Positions 1 through 9,279 of a stretch of DNA of 39,597 nt are shown here, piece by piece. The position numbers and the translations under genes were made by a program. Location: the NCBI GenBank assembly GCA_046757165.1, contig JBHHXT010000028.1:1-39597 (forward strand), in the 5' to 3' direction. Under the pieces are notes generated by a model that was not told the origin of the DNA, did not search any database, and saw only the letters and a list, made by a program, of their open reading frames with translations. This DNA comes from a bacterium (lineage in GTDB: Bacteria > Zhuqueibacterota > Zhuqueibacteria > Oceanimicrobiales > Oceanimicrobiaceae). The stretch's first letter is position 1, and every line of letters starts with the position of its first letter.

Positions 1-68
1 GCTCAACTTGCTTCAGATCATCACCGCCCCGGACGAAAAGGTGTCCGAGGTACTAGGAGATCGAAAAA

Positions 69-338
69 ATGACCGAACCCATGATTTCAAACATCAAAAA
101 AACCCGCTTCTATCAAGAAATCAGGCAAGAAGGGCTACAGGAGGGGATTGAAAGCGGCCTGAGACAAACAATCTATGACATCCTGGACATCAAATTCGGC
201 GCCGCCGGCTTACGGGTGTTCGAGCAGCTGACGAAAACGATGTCCAAAGAGGCGCTCGAAAACATCCGGGTGGGTCTCAAAAAGGCGCACTCCATCGAAG
301 AAGCGGAAGAAATCATCCAAACGTCTGCCGAAAAATAG
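69..338 (+). CDS. C-terminal part of an Rpn-family (DUF2887/DUF4351-like) protein; small stand-alone ORF or pseudogene remnant
   Basis: 'IKKTRFYQEIRQEGLQEGIESG...ILDIKFG' resembles Rpn C-termini. AGGAG at 55-59 precedes the ATG at 69. An in-frame TAG lies at 54-56. Confidence 0.6.
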   Translation: MTEPMISNIKKTRFYQEIRQEGLQEGIESGLRQTIYDILDIKFGAAGLRVFEQLTKTMSKEALENIRVGLKKAHSIEEAEEIIQTSAEK

Positions 339-344
339 CAGCCC

Positions 345-2957
345 TCAAATTCGGAGCCTGGCATCGCTCTTCTCCGACCCATCCCTTCGGCTGCGCAGAA
401 TCATGAGTTGTGAAACCGTTGTCATCCGACCGAGACACTTCTGCCCGTCCAGACCGGGTGCAATCAAAATCAGGTCTGTGCTGGAGGGGGTTTGAACTTT
501 CAAGGCAATCGCGCTTGTTGTGGCCACGAGCTGGCCATTCCACTCAACGGGTAAGAGCTCGGAATCCAGGGAGTCGGATGAGCCCGGAAAGGCAAAAAGT
601 CCTGTTACAAAGGCCAGCGGCAGCTCACCGGCTCGTTTGTACTTCACCGCGGGCGCGGCCATCTTCACGCCATATTCCGGAGAAACCCAACCCTGTACCG
701 GCTCTTCGTCTCCTTTGAAAACCGTTACCTCATCCAACTTAGGGCCAAAAGACTCGAGCAGAAGGATCGGTCCTTTCCGGGAAACGGCCCGGACCTTACC
801 TGCGTCTTCGAGCTCAACTTCAACCTCATGCCAAAAATGAAAAAACTGCTCCAGCTCGTGCTCCCCGGTACCAGTGATCACATCCCAGAGAATCCAGTAG
901 TCCGGCTTGACGAACAACCAGCGGCGTGTGTGCACAATGCCGCCGAGGATGTCTTCTTTGACGCTCCCATACCCCTCCTCATACCGCGCTTCGAGATAGT
1001 CGAACAATTCAGTCGAAATCCATTTGTTGCCCAGGGTCTCAGGTGGCGCATTCACCCAATGCTCCGCACTGGGAAAACGAATCTGGCTGCGACCATCGAC
1101 GACGATGGTGTTGTGGGCGAAGGAGCTTGTGAAGAATCGTCGCCATTTGTTGTGCACGTAGGTATAGGTGCCGCTGTCGACGATAAAGGGCTCGCCAAAG
1201 GCAAAGACCTCGAAGCTGAGCTTATCTTCGTGTCCATGGGAGGAACCAAACGGTCCGGCGTCCACCAGCAGGTAGCGCGCCTCAGGTGACCAGTCGCTGC
1301 GCATGACGTAGACACCTGAATAAGGATAAGCAACCGAGGTGGCGTCGGCTGCCCGGCCTCTTTGTCCGGCGCTGGCAAAAAACTCGAAATCTTGCCGGGA
1401 GAAGAATTCCGCTGGTGTATCGAACAAAAGACGCAGATTCTTGGCGTGGAAACCGTCGTTCATCTGTGGCATCACGCCGTCCGGGCGGGCGGTGTGCATC
1501 AGGAAGCTGTACATCTTTTCGAGCTGCGCATAAAAATAGTCAGAGATCTGCACCCCGTAAGCTGTGGAAAAATCTGTAATTTCCTGCAAAATGCGAATGG
1601 CAAACCGGTGATAATACGTCGACCCCTCGGTATAGCCGCCGTCTGGATAGACATCCTCGTGCATGGCCCGGTCCAGGCGCAGCCTGGCGATTTCGATCCA
1701 TTTGTCTGCCATTTTGAATTCCGGGAATGCAGCGCCGACTGCCAGCAGGCCATAAGTCTCCTGCAACAGGTGATTTCTGCGCGGCGAGCGAAAGTGCGCC
1801 AGGAACTGGGCGTGGTCATGAAATGAGGCGAGCATACGCCACTTGACCTCGTCACTGACCTGGTCGCAGTTGTAAAAGATAAAAAAAGCCTCGATCCAGC
1901 CATCCGTCATGCGGGCGCTCGACTCGATAAGCCGCCAGACGTTGTCTTTTTCATTTTTCCAGCGCGGCATTGGATTCTGCCGGAACCAACTGCGCATAAT
2001 TTCATCAAAGGCTGTGGCGTACTTGGGATCGCCAGTGAATTTGTAAGCCACCGCGACGCTCCAGATCCAATCCATGCGATTGAGCGCCAGCAACCATTCG
2101 CGGTCCCTGGTGGGATTCTGGCGCCACGTGATCTCATCCTGAAACGTGTGAGAAACGTTCAACAGATGAAACGTGCGCTCGATAGCGGCGTCCGCTTCGG
2201 CCATGATGTCGGCGGTATCTTTGCGCGCGATGCGGTCTTCGAGAAGCTTCAGCCGGTGGTTCCCGACCTCCGAAAAGTGCTTCTTGGTTCGATCGCCATA
2301 GAGCGCGGGCGTGCCGTTTTCTGCGGCGATCTTGCTGAGCAGAGCGGGCTTGAACAACGCGCTGAGCGCACTAGGATCTGCAGGGGCGGCCTGAAACCTC
2401 CGTTCTGTGGGTTGGAGCAGATGAGCCAGGTTAACCGCCAAAACCACGACGCAAGCAGCCGTCAGGCTCCATCTGTTGTAAAGCCGGGACATCAATTGAA
2501 AATCTTTGCACCACCGTAAAAAGAGCCAGAGCGTCAGCCCGCCCGCCGCAAGCAGAAGAAGGCTATTGCCCACCAGGCTGACCGGGTGAAAACGGCCCGG
2601 CAAATAGTTTTTGTTCAAGAAGACAACAATGGGCAGAATGGGGATGGCGGAGACGAAGCCAGCCAGCAGAAGCCCCTCCATACGATGGAAAACGAGCCAG
2701 ACAAGCCCCAGCAGTACAGCCAGCCCCAGCCCGGGGAGCAAGACCTGATTGACGCCAGCCTGGAGATAATTGCTGGCAAAACAGGAGATTTCGTGCTGGG
2801 AGTAGTTCTCCTGGCGGAAAAAGAGCAGGAGGCGGCCCCCGGCGGCGAAGAGGCTCAACCAAATCCCTGCGTGGAGGGCGTGTTTGAGCTTGTCAACCGG
2901 GTGGATTTCGTCCTCCGTCTGATTGATGTCAGGCTCCTCACTGGCCATGATGTACAT
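345..2957 (-). CDS. Membrane-anchored heparinase II/III-like polysaccharide lyase
   Basis: 870 aa. Several N-terminal hydrophobic helices, then motifs LNRMDW, NHLLQE, DGGYTEGSTYYH, PDGVMPQMND, SGVYVMR, HGHED, DSGTYTY and AHNT, typical of heparinase II/III N- and C-terminal domains. Confidence 0.85.
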   Translation of the reverse strand: MYIMASEEPDINQTEDEIHPVDKLKHALHAGIWLSLFAAGGRLLLFFRQENYSQHEISCFASNYLQAGVNQVLLPGLGLAVLLGLVWLVFHRMEGLLLAGFVSAIPILPIVVFLNKNYLPGRFHPVSLVGNSLLLLAAGGLTLWLFLRWCKDFQLMSRLYNRWSLTAACVVVLAVNLAHLLQPTERRFQAAPADPSALSALFKPALLSKIAAENGTPALYGDRTKKHFSEVGNHRLKLLEDRIARKDTADIMAEADAAIERTFHLLNVSHTFQDEITWRQNPTRDREWLLALNRMDWIWSVAVAYKFTGDPKYATAFDEIMRSWFRQNPMPRWKNEKDNVWRLIESSARMTDGWIEAFFIFYNCDQVSDEVKWRMLASFHDHAQFLAHFRSPRRNHLLQETYGLLAVGAAFPEFKMADKWIEIARLRLDRAMHEDVYPDGGYTEGSTYYHRFAIRILQEITDFSTAYGVQISDYFYAQLEKMYSFLMHTARPDGVMPQMNDGFHAKNLRLLFDTPAEFFSRQDFEFFASAGQRGRAADATSVAYPYSGVYVMRSDWSPEARYLLVDAGPFGSSHGHEDKLSFEVFAFGEPFIVDSGTYTYVHNKWRRFFTSSFAHNTIVVDGRSQIRFPSAEHWVNAPPETLGNKWISTELFDYLEARYEEGYGSVKEDILGGIVHTRRWLFVKPDYWILWDVITGTGEHELEQFFHFWHEVEVELEDAGKVRAVSRKGPILLLESFGPKLDEVTVFKGDEEPVQGWVSPEYGVKMAAPAVKYKRAGELPLAFVTGLFAFPGSSDSLDSELLPVEWNGQLVATTSAIALKVQTPSSTDLILIAPGLDGQKCLGRMTTVSQLMILRSRRDGSEKSDARLRI

Positions 2958-2974
2958 CGCAGTCCTTGCACGAA

Positions 2975-3002
2975 CAGATTTCTCGCTTCGCTCGAAATGA
3001 CA
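2975..3002. repeat. REP-like short hairpin (cagatttctcgcttcgctcgaaatgaca)
   Basis: Imperfect palindrome (atttc...gaaat) around cttcg, in an intergenic gap. Resembles widespread '...ttcgctcgaaatgac' REP-like repeats. Confidence 0.5.
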
Positions 3003-3059
3003 GCCACGAGGAATCTTGCTTGGACAGCCCCGTTATGTTGACATGTCCGGATGATTCAC

Positions 3060-3082
3060 TGCAAGCAAGATGCTTGCGTTAC
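3060..3082. repeat. REP-like hairpin gcaagca-aga-tgcttgc next to a stop codon
   Basis: Perfect 7-bp stem at 3061-3077, immediately downstream of the 3082 stop codon. Confidence 0.5.
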
Positions 3083-5226
3083 TACTTGATATACCCTAAC
3101 GAGCGCAGGCGCTTCTCCAACTCTTCTTTGTCTGTCTGCCGCGTAACGCCATTCGTTTCTACCGGTTGAAAACTACTCACCCATCGCTCGAGCCGGCGTT
3201 GCAGCGTATCCACGGCAGCCGGCTTCTCTGCAATGATATTCTTCAATTCCCGCGGATCACGGGTTAAATCAAACAGTTCAGACTGGTCGTTTGAAGCCCA
3301 AATGTATTTGAGAGAATCCTGAGCAACCGACCCGAAAATAGCCTTCAAATCGCGGTAGTACCGTCCGGGGCTGCGCTTGGCATGGGCATTGTGCTGCTGT
3401 TGAAAAAGCTCGGCAATGACCGGGTGGTTGGCCTCGTCGATGGGCTGGCCTTGAACATCCGGTGGAATCTGGATTCCGAGCTGAGACAGAATTTCAGGCA
3501 TGAGGTCCACCGTCTGTACGAGCTTGTTCGTGTGACCCGTTCGGGCACCGTTCGGGTACTTGATCATCATGGGCACCCAGATCAGGTCGTTGTACAGATC
3601 TGTGTTGTGGCCAAAGGAGTGGTGCTCACCGAAAAGCTCGCCGTGATCGGAATTGACAATGATGAGGGCGTCGTCGTAAAGGCCCATCTCTTTCAACTTA
3701 TCGAACAGCCGGCCCAGGTAGACATCCATAAAAGTTATCTTGCGATGAACATAAGCCTGCCAGAACTCGCGGTGCTCTGCGCTCACTTCGGCCTGGAAGA
3801 AGACGACTTTGTCGGCATCAAAATCCTTGAACACCTCTACCTGGCGTTCGCGATCGAAGCCGTACATGGAGTCATACGGCTCCGGAATGAAGGCAATCCC
3901 ACCGTGCGGCTCCATGAGATTGACAAACAGGAAGAACGGCCCGTCCTGCCCGTTCTCGTCCAGCCAACAGTTGATCAGCGGTTCCATCTCCGAAGCCAGG
4001 CACACTTCGTTGACCCAGAGCTCGTCCACGCGAAAATCATCCGGCAGGGAGAGCAGCACTTTGCCCCAGAATAGACTGAACACCAACGGCCGGCCGTCAA
4101 AGTAATATTGGAACCCCTGATGGCAGCCAAGCTGCCGCGACAGACCAGCGTTGTTGGCAACGATGCCAGCGGTCTTGTACCCGTGCGCGGATAGAATCTC
4201 AGCCACCGTGACATTCTCCGGCACGAGGGGCGTCGAAAACATGGCGTCGCCAACAAAGTGCGCCCCATGTTTGGACGGAAACATGCCGGTAAACATGGAG
4301 GCATGCGACGGCAACGTCCAAGGCGCTGCTGAAATGGCGCGGTCAAAAACCACGGCATCCTGTGCAAACCGGTCGAGATTGGGCGTCGTGTGGTGGCTGG
4401 CGCCATAGAGCGAAATATGGTCTCGCCGCGCGGTGTCCGTGACGATCCAGATGACGTTCTTCGGATTTCTTACCGGGTGGTCGTCAACAAACTCTCCGGC
4501 CACCCGGTCGAAGCTCGCGGCCGACGGTGCCCCGCTGATGATGAACCCCGCGAAGATCGCGGTCGCGGACAGCGCAAGAATGCCATATCTGCGTGCCGCC
4601 GGGCCCTCTTTTGTCACGTACCGGGCCAGCACCAAACTGAGGCCGACTCCACCCACGCCGGACGCGCCAAAGCTGAGAACACCGGCGAACAGTTCACCGG
4701 TTTGCGTCCATGGCGGCTGCCAGGCGAAAAACCGGAGATTGACCGCGACCAGCAGGGAGAGCGGCAGAAACGCCATTTCAAGAAACTGGACGGCACCGTT
4801 CCTGGCACGATGCGGAAACGAGAGGGCCAGTCGAAAGACCACTAGTGTCAGAACCAGATAAGCCACGTCAGCGAACAAGCTGAGCGGCGCCAGGGCGTCC
4901 ACGCGCGCCGTCAGTTTCTCATTGATGTAGTAGAACCCATACAGGTAAAAATAGACGCCGAGGAAGACGGCCGGCAGAAAAGTGCTCCGGTCCATCCCCC
5001 ACCGCTGCGAGCGCAGCAGCCCGAAGATCAGTTTCAGCACAAATCCAAACGCCAGGCCGCCGAAAACTCCCGCAGGGACGTACATAGCAAGAAAAAACAG
5101 ATACGTCCGCACGTTGATTTCCGCGTAGAACCGGCTCAAGAGCCACTCGGACAAAAACAGGGTCAGTGCGCCGCAGAGGCTCAGCAGGATTGAATTCTTG
5201 AGAATCCAGCTCAGAGAACGCTTCAT
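3082..5226 (-). CDS. Membrane-anchored sulfatase-like (alkaline phosphatase superfamily) protein, paralog 4
   Basis: 714 aa. Multi-TM N-terminus. Motifs NVIWIVTDTARRD, TPNLD, WTLPSHASMFTG, NLMEPH, SDHGE and C-terminal RLRSLGYIK. Confidence 0.85.
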   Translation of the reverse strand: MKRSLSWILKNSILLSLCGALTLFLSEWLLSRFYAEINVRTYLFFLAMYVPAGVFGGLAFGFVLKLIFGLLRSQRWGMDRSTFLPAVFLGVYFYLYGFYYINEKLTARVDALAPLSLFADVAYLVLTLVVFRLALSFPHRARNGAVQFLEMAFLPLSLLVAVNLRFFAWQPPWTQTGELFAGVLSFGASGVGGVGLSLVLARYVTKEGPAARRYGILALSATAIFAGFIISGAPSAASFDRVAGEFVDDHPVRNPKNVIWIVTDTARRDHISLYGASHHTTPNLDRFAQDAVVFDRAISAAPWTLPSHASMFTGMFPSKHGAHFVGDAMFSTPLVPENVTVAEILSAHGYKTAGIVANNAGLSRQLGCHQGFQYYFDGRPLVFSLFWGKVLLSLPDDFRVDELWVNEVCLASEMEPLINCWLDENGQDGPFFLFVNLMEPHGGIAFIPEPYDSMYGFDRERQVEVFKDFDADKVVFFQAEVSAEHREFWQAYVHRKITFMDVYLGRLFDKLKEMGLYDDALIIVNSDHGELFGEHHSFGHNTDLYNDLIWVPMMIKYPNGARTGHTNKLVQTVDLMPEILSQLGIQIPPDVQGQPIDEANHPVIAELFQQQHNAHAKRSPGRYYRDLKAIFGSVAQDSLKYIWASNDQSELFDLTRDPRELKNIIAEKPAAVDTLQRRLERWVSSFQPVETNGVTRQTDKEELEKRLRSLGYIK

Positions 5227-5326
5227 CGAATACCTTCTTATGGTTGTTTTTCAAAAGATGGCTTGTCGCTCAGTGCGATAGACCCGCCTGCTAACGATTT
5301 CATTTGCAAGCCTCGCCCCGTTTGTG

Positions 5327-7129
5327 CTAATTTCTCGACGCTTTGATTCCGGACGGCGGAAGCGGGGAGGTCAAATCCACCTCACCGCCGTCGTCCGAAA
5401 CGGTCCAGTTGTTGAAATTGTATATCCGTGTTTTGCCATGCCGGCTGACTGCCATGACATTGTTTTTCCACGTGACGATTTTTCTCCCTTTGTGGTCAAT
5501 GGTTTCCATTCGGGGAAACGGAAAATCGCAGTCGCCGGGTACCATGAGACCACAGAAGTCTTTCTTTCCGATTTTGACGCCCCGAGAGGTGGTGTAAGAA
5601 TCCTCGGTCAGAATCGCATTGTGTTTGATGGCGTTCTTGAATTCCGCCCATCCGGGATAATCCAGACCGGCGATGGCGACTTCCACCGAAGCTGAGCTTG
5701 TCCCCATCCCGACGGCGACCATGATCCGTCCTAGTTTGCGGAACTGCCAGGTGCCATCCGACTCCCGGATGTCCCAGCTCGCATCATTCGTCTGTTCCCA
5801 GAGATTGGGGCCGCTGCGGATGTCGGCAAACAGGGCATTGCGGAATTGGCATCCGCGCAGGCCAAGATAATTCGTCTCCTGGTCCGGGGCGGGTTTGTTG
5901 GCCCGTTCATTGACCCACAGACGAATGAATCCGGTTCGACCTTTCCCTTTGACGCTGAGCTGCCACCCCTGCCTCGCCTGTCCCACGTTTGACCCCAGGG
6001 TGTAAAATCGGGTGACCCAATTCCATTTACCTTTTCCCTCCCTGTTGAGCAGGCCTTCATTGTACTCCTTGTGAAAATGCCAGTAGTCCTCCGGCTCGTC
6101 CTCCAGCACACCGGCATCGATGATAACATCCGGCAGGTCGTAGTCCACATGGTAATTGACCGTCACGTTCCATTTTTCCTCGTCGCCATCGAGTTTGTCA
6201 CCCATGCCCCAGTAGTGGTGAAAGGGGTAAATGGGAGGCCGCGAGTTCTTGCGGTAGTCATTTCTGCCCATGGTCCCGCCCCACGCGTTGGCAGAAAAGT
6301 CGAGGACAGAATCGAGGTGGCTCAGATCCGCGCACATTTTCGCTTTGCGCCGCAGCTTCGGGTCGTCAGCGAGGTCGGCCAGCAGCGCCATCGCGCCGGG
6401 ATAGGCGCGCGAGTAGACAATGGAATCGAACTCCCGGTTGCCGCGCGGCGAAGATTTGCGCACATACCAGCCATCCATCACCTGCTCGAGCCAATCTTTT
6501 GCCAGTTGGCGAGCATTGTACGGTCCACGGCCAAACTTGTACGAATGACCGTTGTAACGGAAGGAAGGCCAATGGTTCCGGTAAAACTTCGGCACGGGCT
6601 TGTTCACAGAGGTTGAATAACCGTAGATCGGAAACTCGAGATCCTTGTCGTACTCACTCGTGTACAAATAGACGCCGACCATGGCGAAAACCTGCTTGTT
6701 CGGATTCAGGTCCCCAAATGTGCTGCTGCTCGAGATCCACTGTTCATATTTGGATTTGACATTCGATTCATCGCCGGAGCTTATCACACCCGTCCCCTTG
6801 CTGCCATATTTGAGCGGGATCATGACCGCGTAGCCATGCTGCGCCCGGATGTCATCGAGCCAGTAGGCGTGGATGAAATGGTCGATGGTTTCAGAGACTG
6901 TGCCGTTGTAGACCCCCGTGTCCAGCCAGCTAAACAGATAATTGCGGCGGTCGATCATCTCGATCGAGCTGCTCGGACTCGGGACGCGGGCGAGCCATTC
7001 GTCCCGGCGCTCTTCGAAAGTCTTGTTATCGGCGCCGAGACGGTTGGGTTGAGCACCGAGAGGGCTATCCATCTGGACGACAACAACAAGTAAGATCAGA
7101 CTCAATAATTTTATTCTTTTTTCAAACAT
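5327..7129 (-). CDS. Secreted hypothetical protein, possibly a helical-toroid carbohydrate-active enzyme
   Basis: 600 aa. Signal peptide MFEKRIKLLSLILLVVVVQMDSPLGA|Q. SD-like aaggtgg upstream. Trp/Tyr-rich. C-terminal DLTSPLPPSGIKASRN. The function is a weak inference. Confidence 0.7.
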   Translation of the reverse strand: MFEKRIKLLSLILLVVVVQMDSPLGAQPNRLGADNKTFEERRDEWLARVPSPSSSIEMIDRRNYLFSWLDTGVYNGTVSETIDHFIHAYWLDDIRAQHGYAVMIPLKYGSKGTGVISSGDESNVKSKYEQWISSSSTFGDLNPNKQVFAMVGVYLYTSEYDKDLEFPIYGYSTSVNKPVPKFYRNHWPSFRYNGHSYKFGRGPYNARQLAKDWLEQVMDGWYVRKSSPRGNREFDSIVYSRAYPGAMALLADLADDPKLRRKAKMCADLSHLDSVLDFSANAWGGTMGRNDYRKNSRPPIYPFHHYWGMGDKLDGDEEKWNVTVNYHVDYDLPDVIIDAGVLEDEPEDYWHFHKEYNEGLLNREGKGKWNWVTRFYTLGSNVGQARQGWQLSVKGKGRTGFIRLWVNERANKPAPDQETNYLGLRGCQFRNALFADIRSGPNLWEQTNDASWDIRESDGTWQFRKLGRIMVAVGMGTSSASVEVAIAGLDYPGWAEFKNAIKHNAILTEDSYTTSRGVKIGKKDFCGLMVPGDCDFPFPRMETIDHKGRKIVTWKNNVMAVSRHGKTRIYNFNNWTVSDDGGEVDLTSPLPPSGIKASRN

Positions 7130-7138
7130 ACACCACCT

Positions 7139-9061
7139 TCATTTAATATACCCCAACGTCCGCAACCTCTGCATCGTCTTCTCGTCAAACTCCTCTGCAA
7201 AGAAGCCTCCCGGATGATAAACCAGCTCCAGATCCTCGAACTCCCGTCTAAGCCACGCCTCCATCTCCCGCTTCATCTCCGCCGCCATCTCCGCCTCATT
7301 CTCATAAAGATTCTTCGTCTCATGCGGGTCGGAAGGTAAATGGTACAACTCCCAGGTATGGTTCTGCGTGCGCACATCCAGAATGAGCTTCCACTCTCCT
7401 TTCCGCAACCCAAAAAAGTTGCGCTTCTTGCGGAAGCCAACGCAGTACGCTTCCGCCGGCCAGTCCACCGGTTCGCCGTTCATCAGAGGCACCAGGCTCT
7501 TGCCCTGAAACTGCTCGGGCACCGGGATGCCGAGCAAGTCCAGCACGGTTGGCGCGATATCAATGCTCTGCACCACCTGTGACACTCGCCTGATCTGCGG
7601 AGATCTCCCGGGCAACCGGATAATCAAAGGAATGCGAACGCTGGACTCATGCACGCCTGCGTGGCCGTATTCCAGACCATGCTCGAGCAGATTCTCGCCG
7701 TGGTCCGAGGTCACGATGACAATGGAATTTTCCAACAGATTCAGGCTTTCGAGCTGGTGGTAAATGCGCTGGATTTGAAAATCCGAGAGTGCCACTTCGC
7801 CGTCGTAAAGCGCAGCGTAGTGCTGCTGGTCTGCCTCCGAGAGCTGAACTCTTCCCTTGCGCACCTCGAAAATCTGCTTCAAACTGCCGTCAGCGATGCC
7901 GGCGTAGCGGTCTTCAAACCTGCGCAGGTATTCTACCGGTGGCTCATACGGCGCGTGCGGATACAACCACTGCCCCCAGAGAAAAAACGGGCCGCTCTGG
8001 TTTTTCTCAATCCAGGCAAGCGCCAGCTCCGTGAACAGGTCTTTTTGGGAGAGCTTGTCCACCAACCGCACCAGGTTCAAGGCGCGCACCCACATCTGCC
8101 AGGAAGAGTCGCGGTAATTGAACCGGGTCAAATCCGTAAAGGTGTCGTATCCCAGTTGGAAATTGTACTGGTTGCCCACCAGGGTGTTGCTCACAAAGGC
8201 GCCGTTCTTATAGCCGTATTCCCTCAGAATCTTTGGCAAGGTCAGAAGCCTGGGATTGAGAAACTTGCCGTTTGGAAACGCGCCGTGGTAATACGGATAC
8301 ATGGAGGTCATGATCGAGGCATGCGACGGCAGCGAAGAGGCCCACGGCACGTAGGCCTGCTCGAACAACACGCTCTCCTTTGCCACGGCGTCGATGGCCG
8401 GCGTGGTTGGCCTGTCATAGCCGTAGCACCCAAGCCGGTCGGCGCGCAGCGTGTCGATGATCAGCAAGATGACGTTAGGCTTTCCGCTTCGCGATCTGGC
8501 CTCCGAAGTCGAAGACAAAACGAACGCCAGCACGAGCGCCGCGATCCAACAGATGAGGACAGGACGGGGTTTGCGCTGCCGAATGAGGCTCAGGTTCAAT
8601 TTCGACGTGTGAGCGATGCGGGCGGCAGTTTCCGCCAACAAAACAGCGCCACCGACGGCGAGCAGATTATGAAGAATAGACTTGACGGTGAAAATAGAGC
8701 GGCCTGAGTTGAAATTGACCCAATAGAGCAGGGTAAATAGAATCGCCCAGAAAAAGTTGAGCTGCCAGGCAAGTCGCTGCGGACCGAACCCTGGGAATTT
8801 CGAGGCCATGCGGCGCAGCGGCACAACCAAAATCGGCAGAAAAACCAAATTGGCCGCCATCATGAACGAGACGAAGATCAGAATGGCGAGATTGACAAAC
8901 AACACAATCTCCACCAGCAGGGAGAACCCCAGGGCATTCGTGGCGACCACCTTGCCTGCGATCACCAACGCCTCCAACCCGCCTACCAGGACGCCGACCG
9001 CCAGCGCACTCGACAGGAATGACTTCATCCAGCTTCCGAGACTAAGGTTGTGCTCCTTCAT
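7139..9061 (-). CDS. Membrane-anchored sulfatase-like protein, paralog 3
   Basis: Start placed at MKEHN (ATG 9061, gaagga upstream); the longer ORF start at 9133 runs through a REP-like hairpin. Motifs PNVILLIIDTLRAD, SSLPSHASIMT, YPHAPY, YDGEV, SDHGE and C-terminal RLRTLGYIK. Confidence 0.85.
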   Translation of the reverse strand: MKEHNLSLGSWMKSFLSSALAVGVLVGGLEALVIAGKVVATNALGFSLLVEIVLFVNLAILIFVSFMMAANLVFLPILVVPLRRMASKFPGFGPQRLAWQLNFFWAILFTLLYWVNFNSGRSIFTVKSILHNLLAVGGAVLLAETAARIAHTSKLNLSLIRQRKPRPVLICWIAALVLAFVLSSTSEARSRSGKPNVILLIIDTLRADRLGCYGYDRPTTPAIDAVAKESVLFEQAYVPWASSLPSHASIMTSMYPYYHGAFPNGKFLNPRLLTLPKILREYGYKNGAFVSNTLVGNQYNFQLGYDTFTDLTRFNYRDSSWQMWVRALNLVRLVDKLSQKDLFTELALAWIEKNQSGPFFLWGQWLYPHAPYEPPVEYLRRFEDRYAGIADGSLKQIFEVRKGRVQLSEADQQHYAALYDGEVALSDFQIQRIYHQLESLNLLENSIVIVTSDHGENLLEHGLEYGHAGVHESSVRIPLIIRLPGRSPQIRRVSQVVQSIDIAPTVLDLLGIPVPEQFQGKSLVPLMNGEPVDWPAEAYCVGFRKKRNFFGLRKGEWKLILDVRTQNHTWELYHLPSDPHETKNLYENEAEMAAEMKREMEAWLRREFEDLELVYHPGGFFAEEFDEKTMQRLRTLGYIK

Positions 9062-9076
9062 CAATCCTTCTCGTTT

Positions 9077-9124
9077 CTCGTTCCGACGGTCTCCGTCGGG
9101 ACGCCTGTCGAACGCTCTGCGTCC
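9077..9124. repeat. REP-like element with ccgacgg-tct-ccgtcgg hairpin
   Basis: Perfect 7-bp GC-rich stem. The minus strand reads ggacgcagagcg...ccgacggagaccgtcggaacgag, resembling '...gggaacgag' REP families. Confidence 0.5.
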
Positions 9125-9145
9125 ATCTCTCATTCATTTAGAAAA

Positions 9146-9173
9146 AAACACGGTCAGAGACCGTGTTGGATCA
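9146..9173 (-). repeat. 28-bp hairpin repeat, copy 1 (tgatccaacacggtctctgaccgtgttt)
   Basis: Near-identical to 13357-13384 and 33595-33622 but in the opposite orientation. Stem aacacggt/accgtgtt. Confidence 0.85.
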
Positions 9174-9279
9174 CGACCCGAATAGTGAGACTCCTTCTCG
9201 TTCCACCTGCCTCCGTCTGAACACCCCGGGAAGCTCTGCGCCCATCTCTGACCAGGACACCGAGTGTCTCACGCACCCC

